DNA of 64,000 nucleotides from Scenedesmus sp. PABB004 (Eukaryota): NCBI GenBank assembly GCA_014905635.1, contig JABVCE010000013.1, positions 992,001 to 1,056,000 of the forward strand, read 5' to 3'. Shown piece by piece: positions 58,432 to 64,000 of this stretch (position 1 is its first letter; each line of letters starts with the position of its first letter). The notes under the pieces were generated by a model. It saw only the letters and a program-made list of their open reading frames with translations, ran no database searches and was not told where the DNA came from. The position numbers and the translations under genes were made by a program.

Positions 58432-60455
58432 TCACCAGGTGAGCGGGCGCACGGCCGCGCCGCCTCGCCGCCGCGGCCCGCGCTCGAGCACGCCCGCCAC
58501 GCTCAGCGGCGCGTCGTCGGCGCGCACGCCCGACCCCGGGCCGATGAGGCGCCAGAGGTCGCCGGCAAGCTTGGCGTCAAAGGCGTCCGGCTGCTGCGCG
58601 CCCCGCGCGCCCCGCACGGCGGCCAGGTACGCGCCGAGCTCGGCCGCCGCGGCCTCGGGCTGCCCCGCGTGCAGCAGCAGCACCGCGAGGTCGCGCCTGC
58701 AGCGCGCGGCACGGGCGGCGGCGTCGGCCGCAGCGGCCGCGTCGACACGCGCGCCTGTGGCTGCGTGCTGCGCGCGGCCGCGGCCGCGGCGGCGGCTCAC
58801 CGCTCCTGCGGCTGCTCGTCGCCGACCAGCATGACCAGCCGCTCCGCCGCGGCCACGCAGCGCATCAAGTCGCCGGCGCCCTGCGCGGCAGCGGGCTCGG
58901 CGCTCGCCGGCGCGGCGGCGGCGGCGGCGTGCCGGCGCGCGCGCGAGCGCGCGAGTGCGGCGCCGCGGCTCACCGGGCTCGTCCAGATGCCGCGCTGCAG
59001 GCGGTGCGCCGCGGTGGCCGACACGGCGCGCAGCGCGGCCGAGATGTCGTCCGACCCGAGCGCCGCCTTGGCCGCGGCCCTGCGGGCGCAGGCGGGCGCG
59101 GGCGGTCGCCGCCGCGTCGCGCCGCCCCGCGCGCGCCGCGACGGCGTCACCTGACAGGCAGGGGCCCCCCTGCCGCCGCCGCACCTGAAGCCGCCGGCGC
59201 TCGCCCGCCCGCCCTCAGCCGGGTCATCGACGTTTGTGTCCCACGGAAACGGCCAGTAGGCTCGCTTGAGATGCCTTAGCAGCTCGGCCAGCGCGTCGCT
59301 GCTGCACGTGTTGAGCAGCTCCGCGCGCGCGTCGCCGCGCGCGCCGCCCGCGCCGGGCGGCGGCGCCGGCGACAGCCGCATGCGCGCCAGCGGCGCCGCG
59401 GCGGGCAGGCTGCTGAAGTTGCCGTAGTCAAAGGTCACGGTGAAGTCAATCGCCCCCGCCAGCAGCAGCTGCGCCGCGACCTCCGAGTAAAGGATGGCCA
59501 GCGCTGCGAGGGGGCGGGCGCGCCGCGCGCGGCGCGGGCCCACCCCGTCGGGCGTCGGCGGCGGCGCGGCCGCCCGCAGGCGCGCGCGCGCGGAGGGTGC
59601 GGCGCCAGCGCACCGGCGGGGCAGCCGCGGCGCTTGACCAGGACGTCGTTGAGGTACGCCAGCCGCGCGTCCTCGTACACACCCGGGTGATCCAGCAGCG
59701 TGCGCCGCGGCAGCGCGCTGCGGCCGTGCGGCGGCAGCGCGAAGCCCGCGCTGCGCACGCCGGCAAACCACGGCGCCGCCGCCGCCGCCGCCTGCTCGGC
59801 GGCGGGCGCGCGCGCGAACAGCGCGTGCTCCATGGCCGCCACGACCTGCTGCGGCGGGAGGCGGCGCAGCGCGGCCCAGCGGCCCTCCCCGGCGGCGGCG
59901 GCGCCGGGCCCGGCGGCGGCCGCCGCCGCCGCGTCGAGCTCCGCCGCCACGTCGGCGGCAAGGCGGCTGATGCGAGCGAGGTACGCGTCCACGGGGAAGG
60001 GCACGGTGGAGGAGGAGGCTGCGGCGCGGCGGCGGCGACGTCGCCACGCGCGCAAGACAGACAGCGAGCAAGATATAGGAGGCGCGCGCACGTGCTGCGC
60101 GCGCACCGACGGCGTCATCCTCCGCGGCGACCAGCAGCGCGGCCCGCGCGAGCTGCAGCCGCGCCTCGCCGGCCGCGAGGCACGCGGCAAAGCCGACGCG
60201 CGCCTGCGCCGCCAGCTCCTCGCTGAAGTCGGTCCGCCGGTAGCGCGGGTCCGCCTCGACGTCGTGCCGCGGCCGCACCTCCGCCGGCCGCAGCGGGTCC
60301 TCCCTGCGCCGGCCGCGGCGGTGCGCTCGGCCGCTGCTGCCGCGCGGGACACAGCTCGGCCGCTGCCGCCGCGCTCGGCCGCGCCGCGCCGCCCTCACTT
60401 GAGGCGCTGGTAGTCGGCGTGGCGCCCGGCGTGTAGCCTGGAGCGCCGGTCCCAT
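58432..60455 (-). CDS. SirB1/Transglut_core2-like protein with C-terminal TPR-like helices, probably plastid-targeted
   Basis: LQLARAALLVAAEDD, FPVDAYLARISRLA, GVYEDARLAYLNDVLVKRRGCP..LAILYSEV, LRHLKRAYWPF, AAERLVML..QPQE.RRDLAVLLLHAG. Confidence 0.75.
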
Positions 60456-60750
60456 GGCCGCGGCGGCGCTGCCGGGCCCCGCGCCGCGAGCATTTTGGCG
60501 TGCCGGTGTAGCAGCGGCTCTCGGCGGCGCGCGGGGCGGGCGCCGGTTCGCGGCGGGGGGTGCGTGGCGGGGGTCTGGAAGCGCAGGGCGGGCGCTCCAC
60601 GCGGCGTGGGCCACACCCTGCGCGTCACAGCGGTGCAGCGGGCGCGGACGCGCCGCCACGCGTCCCCTCCCGCGCCGCCGCCCGCCGCCCGCGCAGAGGG
60701 CCGGCGGCAGCACACGTGGCGACCGGCCTGCCGACCGCGCGCCCGCCGGC

Positions 60751-61253
60751 ATGGGGGGCGCCAAGTTCTACGCCGTGCGGCGGGGCCACCGCCCCGGCGT
60801 CTACACCAGCTGGCCAGACTGCCAGGCGGCCACGGCGGGCTTCTCGGGCGCGGTGTACAAGTCCTTCAAGACGCAGGAGGAGGCCCAGGCCTGGCTGAGC
60901 GGCGGCGCGGCGCCGGCGCCCGCCACCGGCCCGACGCGCGGCGGCGCTGCTCGCGCGGGAGCGCCCGCCGCCGGCGGCGGCGGCGGCGGCAAGTTCTACG
61001 CCGTCTGCCGCGGCCGGCGCACGGGCGTGTTCCAGGGCTCGTGGGCCGACGTGAAGCAGTGGGTCGAGGGCTACTCCAACCCCGTGTTCAAGGGCTTCGC
61101 GACCGCCGCCGAGGCGGAGGCCTTCCTCGCCGCAAACGGCGCGGCCGGCGGCCGGCCCGCGGGCGCGGGTGCGGCGCCGCCCGCTGCGGGCGCGGCGCGG
61201 CCCGGCGGGCCGCCGCGCGCGCGGGGCGCCGCTCACGCGCGCCGCCCGCCCGC

Positions 61254-61296
<43 letters not shown>

Positions 61297-62893
61297 GTGC
61301 AGGCGACGCCGCCGGCAGCGCCAAGCGCCAGCGCGGCGCCACCTACGAGCCGCCGCCGCCGCCGCCGGCGTTCGGCGCGGGCGCGCCGGCGGGGCGGCAG
61401 GGCCAGCAGCAGCCACTGCCGGGGCTGGCGGCGCAGGCGGGCGCCGCTGGTGTGCCGCCGCAGGAGCCCATGGTCACCATTTTCTTCGACGGCGGCTCGC
61501 GCGGCAACCCCGGGCGCGCGGGCTACGGCTACGCCGTGTTTGACCGGCAGACGAACGAGCGGGTGCGGCGCCCGCGCGGCCGGGCGCGCGCGCGAGCGCA
61601 CACACGCGTGGGGCGGGCGCCGCCCATCGCCGCGCGCCCGCGCGCGCAGCTGCGCATGGGCTGCCGGCCGCTGCCGTTCAACTCGACCAACAACGAGGCC
61701 GAGTACGCGGGGATGATCGCGGGCATGCGCGTGAGCGGCGCTGCGCCGAGCTGCGCCGAGCTGGGCCGAGCTGGGCCGAGCTGCGCCGAGCACCGCCGAG
61801 CGCCGCCGAGCGCCGCCGAGCGCCGAGCGCCGCGCCGCCCCGCAGCACGCGCTGGAGGTGCTGGGCGCGCGGCACCTCGTCGTGCGCGGCGACAGCCAGC
61901 TGGTGGTGCGGCAGATGACCGGACAGTACCAGGTGGGCCGCCAGGCAGCAGCGGCACCCAGCAGCAGTGCCGCCCCGCCCCGGCCCCCAGCGCGGCGCCG
62001 GTGGCGCGGCGGCTGTTGCGGCGCCCGGGCCGCGCACGGGCCGCGCCCGGCCGCGCGTAGCGACGCCCCGCCGCGCCGCGCCGCAGGTCAAGGGCGAGCG
62101 CCTGCTGCCGCTGTTCCGGGAGGCCAAGCTGCTGCAGGAGCGCGCGGCGAGCTTCCAGATCGAGCACGTGTATCGGTGCGGCGCGCGCGCGCAGACGCGC
62201 CCTCGGCCGGCTGCCGCCGCCCGCGCGCGGGGCCGCCGACGCGAGGGCGCCTCCGCCGCGCCGCCGCCGCCGCCGCCGCGCTGGCCGCCCTGGCGGCAGG
62301 GAGGACAACGCGCTCGCGGACGCGCTGTCCAACCTGGCGATGGACAGCGACGCCGCGGTCGACCGCGTCGTCGTGCAGGCGGCGGGCGGCGCCGACCGCG
62401 GCGCGCTCGCGGGCCTGCTCGCGGCGGCGGCCAACGTGGACAGCGACGTGCGGCTCGTCAACGCGCTGCGCACCAGCCCCACCCTGCTGCGCGGCGCCGC
62501 GGCGCTGCTGGCGCAGGTGTGGGACAACCAGCCCGAGGAGGAGGTCATCGCGCAGCTCTGCGAGCGCGGCTGGGACGACGACACCGGCGGGCCGCCCGTC
62601 GCGCCGCTGCCGCTGCCGCTGCCGGACGGCGGCGGCGAGGGCGGCGGGGGCGGCGGTGACGGCGGCGGGCGGGGCCTGCAGGCCGTGGCCGTGGCGGCGG
62701 TCACGCTGGGCGCGGGGTGGGGCCGGGAGATCCGGCGGCAGGAGGAGGTGCTGCGGCGAGAGCAGCTGCAGCACCAGCGGCAGCAGCAGCACCAGCACCA
62801 GCACCAGCAGCAGGCCGGCGGCGGCGGCGGCGGTGGCCCGCCCGCTGCGCTGCGCGCGCAGCAGCGGCTTGCGGCCGGCTGGAGCTGGCAGGC

Positions 62894-62955
<62 letters not shown>

Positions 62956-63362
62956 TGGCGCACCCGCCGCAACATCCGGCGCTCGGCGGCGTGCTGGCGA
63001 TGCGGGCGGCTGGCCGCCCCAGCTGGCAGGGCGGCTGGCCAGCGGGCAGCAGCGGCCGGCAGCTGCCTGGCCTGGCGGGCGGCGGCAGGGCCCTGCCGCG
63101 CGTGCCGCCGTCCGTGCAGCCGCACCACGAGGCGCTGCGGCCGCGCTGGGGCGCCGGCTGCGGGCAAGCGCTGCGGAGCGGCAGCCCGCGCGGGCGCGCG
63201 GCGAGCATGGCGGTGACGGCCGCCGCGCTGGCGGCTGCGGGCCGGCTGTGGCGGCGGCGCGGGGGCGGCGGCGGCGCCGGCGGGGGCGGCGGCGGCGCCG
63301 GCGGGGGCGCCGGGCGGCAGCGCGCGGGGCGACAGGCTCAGCTGCGCGCGCTCTCGGCGTGA
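60751..63362 (+). CDS. RNASEH1: Ribonuclease H1 with two N-terminal hybrid-binding (caulimovirus viroplasmin-like) domains and a C-terminal extension
   Basis: KFYAVRRGHRPGVYTSWPDCQAAT.GFSGAVYKSF..EEA..W and KFYAVCRGRRTGVF...GYSNPVFKGF. Catalytic FDGGSRGNPG, TNNEAEY, RGDSQLVVRQMTG, HVYREDNALADALSNLAMD. Stop TGA at 63360-63362. Confidence 0.92.
61741..61825. repeat. Intronic 10-bp minisatellite (ctgcgccgag-like, ~8 units)
   Basis: ctgcgccgag ctgcgccgag ctgggccgag ctgggccgag ctgcgccgag caccgccgag cgccgccgag cgccgccgag within an RNase H1 intron. Confidence 0.9.
62895..62954 (+). repeat. Pure (CAG)20 polyglutamine tract in the RNase H1 last exon
   Basis: 60 nt of uninterrupted CAG. Confidence 0.95.
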
Positions 63363-63859
63363 GGCTGGCGCCACGTGCAACTACGACACCGCGGCAAGCG
63401 CGCAGCTGAGGGTACCGCCGCGGGCAGGCCGTCAGCAGCGGCGGCGTCGTTTTGGCGGGTGACGCCCGCCGACCGCAGATCGGCGCAGGTCGCCGCCGGC
63501 GCTCGCCGTCGCCGCGCTCCCTTGCGCTGCCGTGGACCAGCGCGCGACCGCCCGGCCGGCCTGCGCGCCGCGCGCCCGCCACCAGCTCTTGCGCTCGGCC
63601 TGCCGAGCTCCTGGGCCGCGTCTTGGGCCTCGATCAATCCCGCGGGCACGTTGCGCTGCCACCCACCTCGCCGGCGCACCGCGTCGCGGCGGCGTCGACA
63701 AACCCGGCATCGGCAGCCTGGGCCGGCCTTCCCCAGCCCGCCCCGCCCTCGCCGCGTGGCCCGCAGGCCACGGTCGAAGCCCGCAACCCCCGCGTCGCGC
63801 GCTGGGGTGCAGCCGCTCATCATCAGCAGCCGCAGGGAGCAGTCGCCTGAGAGCGCAAG

Positions 63860-64000
63860 ATGGCCGGCGCCGGGGGCCCGCTGGAGGTGCCGGCATGGGG
63901 CGTCGCGCTGCTCTTCATCGGCTTCCTCGTGCTCACCCTCATCTGGGACAAGGCCATGCACTCGCTGGAGTGCCTGCTCAAGCGCAAGGGCAAGCGCGGC
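63860..64000 (+). CDS. MLO-family membrane protein, N-terminus only (runs off window)
   Basis: MAGAGGPLEVPAWGVALLFIGFLVLTLIWDKAMHSLECLLKRKGKRG matches the MLO start pattern (LE.PxWxVA-TM1-H.L..xLKxK.K). Confidence 0.7.
   Translation, partial: MAGAGGPLEVPAWGVALLFIGFLVLTLIWDKAMHSLECLLKRKGKRG

Noticed and set aside
61741..61825. Regular short repeats (also 43200-43300) as a CRISPR-like array
   Set aside because: Head-to-tail intronic minisatellites without unique spacers, in a eukaryote.
60751..62345. Viroplasmin and RNase H domains as a caulimovirus or retroelement insertion
   Set aside because: These are the normal domains of cellular RNase H1. The gene has spliceosomal introns and no RT, gag or LTR.
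3054..64000. Functional clustering (GLR/apyrase/MLO signalling, or WRAP53/UBE2T/LIN9/RNase H1 genome maintenance)
   Set aside because: The genes are dispersed among unrelated ones with no shared visible regulatory element; expected by chance in a gene-dense genome.
1..64000. tRNA, rRNA or other structured RNA genes
   Set aside because: No cloverleaf, A/B-box or rRNA-like sequence recognised by eye; an Infernal/tRNAscan run is needed to exclude small ncRNAs.

Overview
Very GC-rich (roughly 75-80% by eye), gene-dense, intron-rich eukaryotic nuclear DNA from a green alga. Chlorophyceae/Sphaeropleales-like origin is an inference from a nuclear atpC with the thiol-regulatory insert, plastid-targeted ClpF/ABC1K8/DUF2301 genes, a PiT/PTB-type transporter, TGTAA poly(A) signals and GTGCG...CGCAG introns. 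Most long Ala/Arg/Pro/Gly ORFs in the supplied track are GC-content artefacts, so I spliced the genes by hand. About 23 protein genes, in order: mitochondrial PDH E2 (5'-truncated), glutamate receptor-like channel, secreted disintegrin-repeat protein, intronless helical-repeat protein, atypical GATA-like Zn-finger + SAM protein, DUF2301, small Pro-rich orphan, apyrase, WRAP53/TCAB1, a 49-aa Cys-rich micropeptide, mitochondrial carrier, AT-hook + RAMA protein, atpC, ClpF, small tail-anchored orphan, ABC1K8, UBE2T, LIN9/ALY, a second copy of the micropeptide, PiT phosphate transporter, SirB1/transglutaminase-like protein, RNase H1 and the start of an MLO gene. Most notable: (i) a ~1.06-kb inverted duplication bracketing ~27 kb, each arm carrying a protein-identical 49-aa MGC/11-Cys micropeptide; (ii) a secreted protein of ~12 tandem half-disintegrin repeats expanded by exon+intron block duplication; (iii) a candidate 6mA-DNA reader (AT-hook + RAMA); (iv) many GC-AG introns; (v) an iGluR with no room for an amino-terminal domain. 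Exon boundaries are manual and approximate; family calls come from motif recognition, not database searches.
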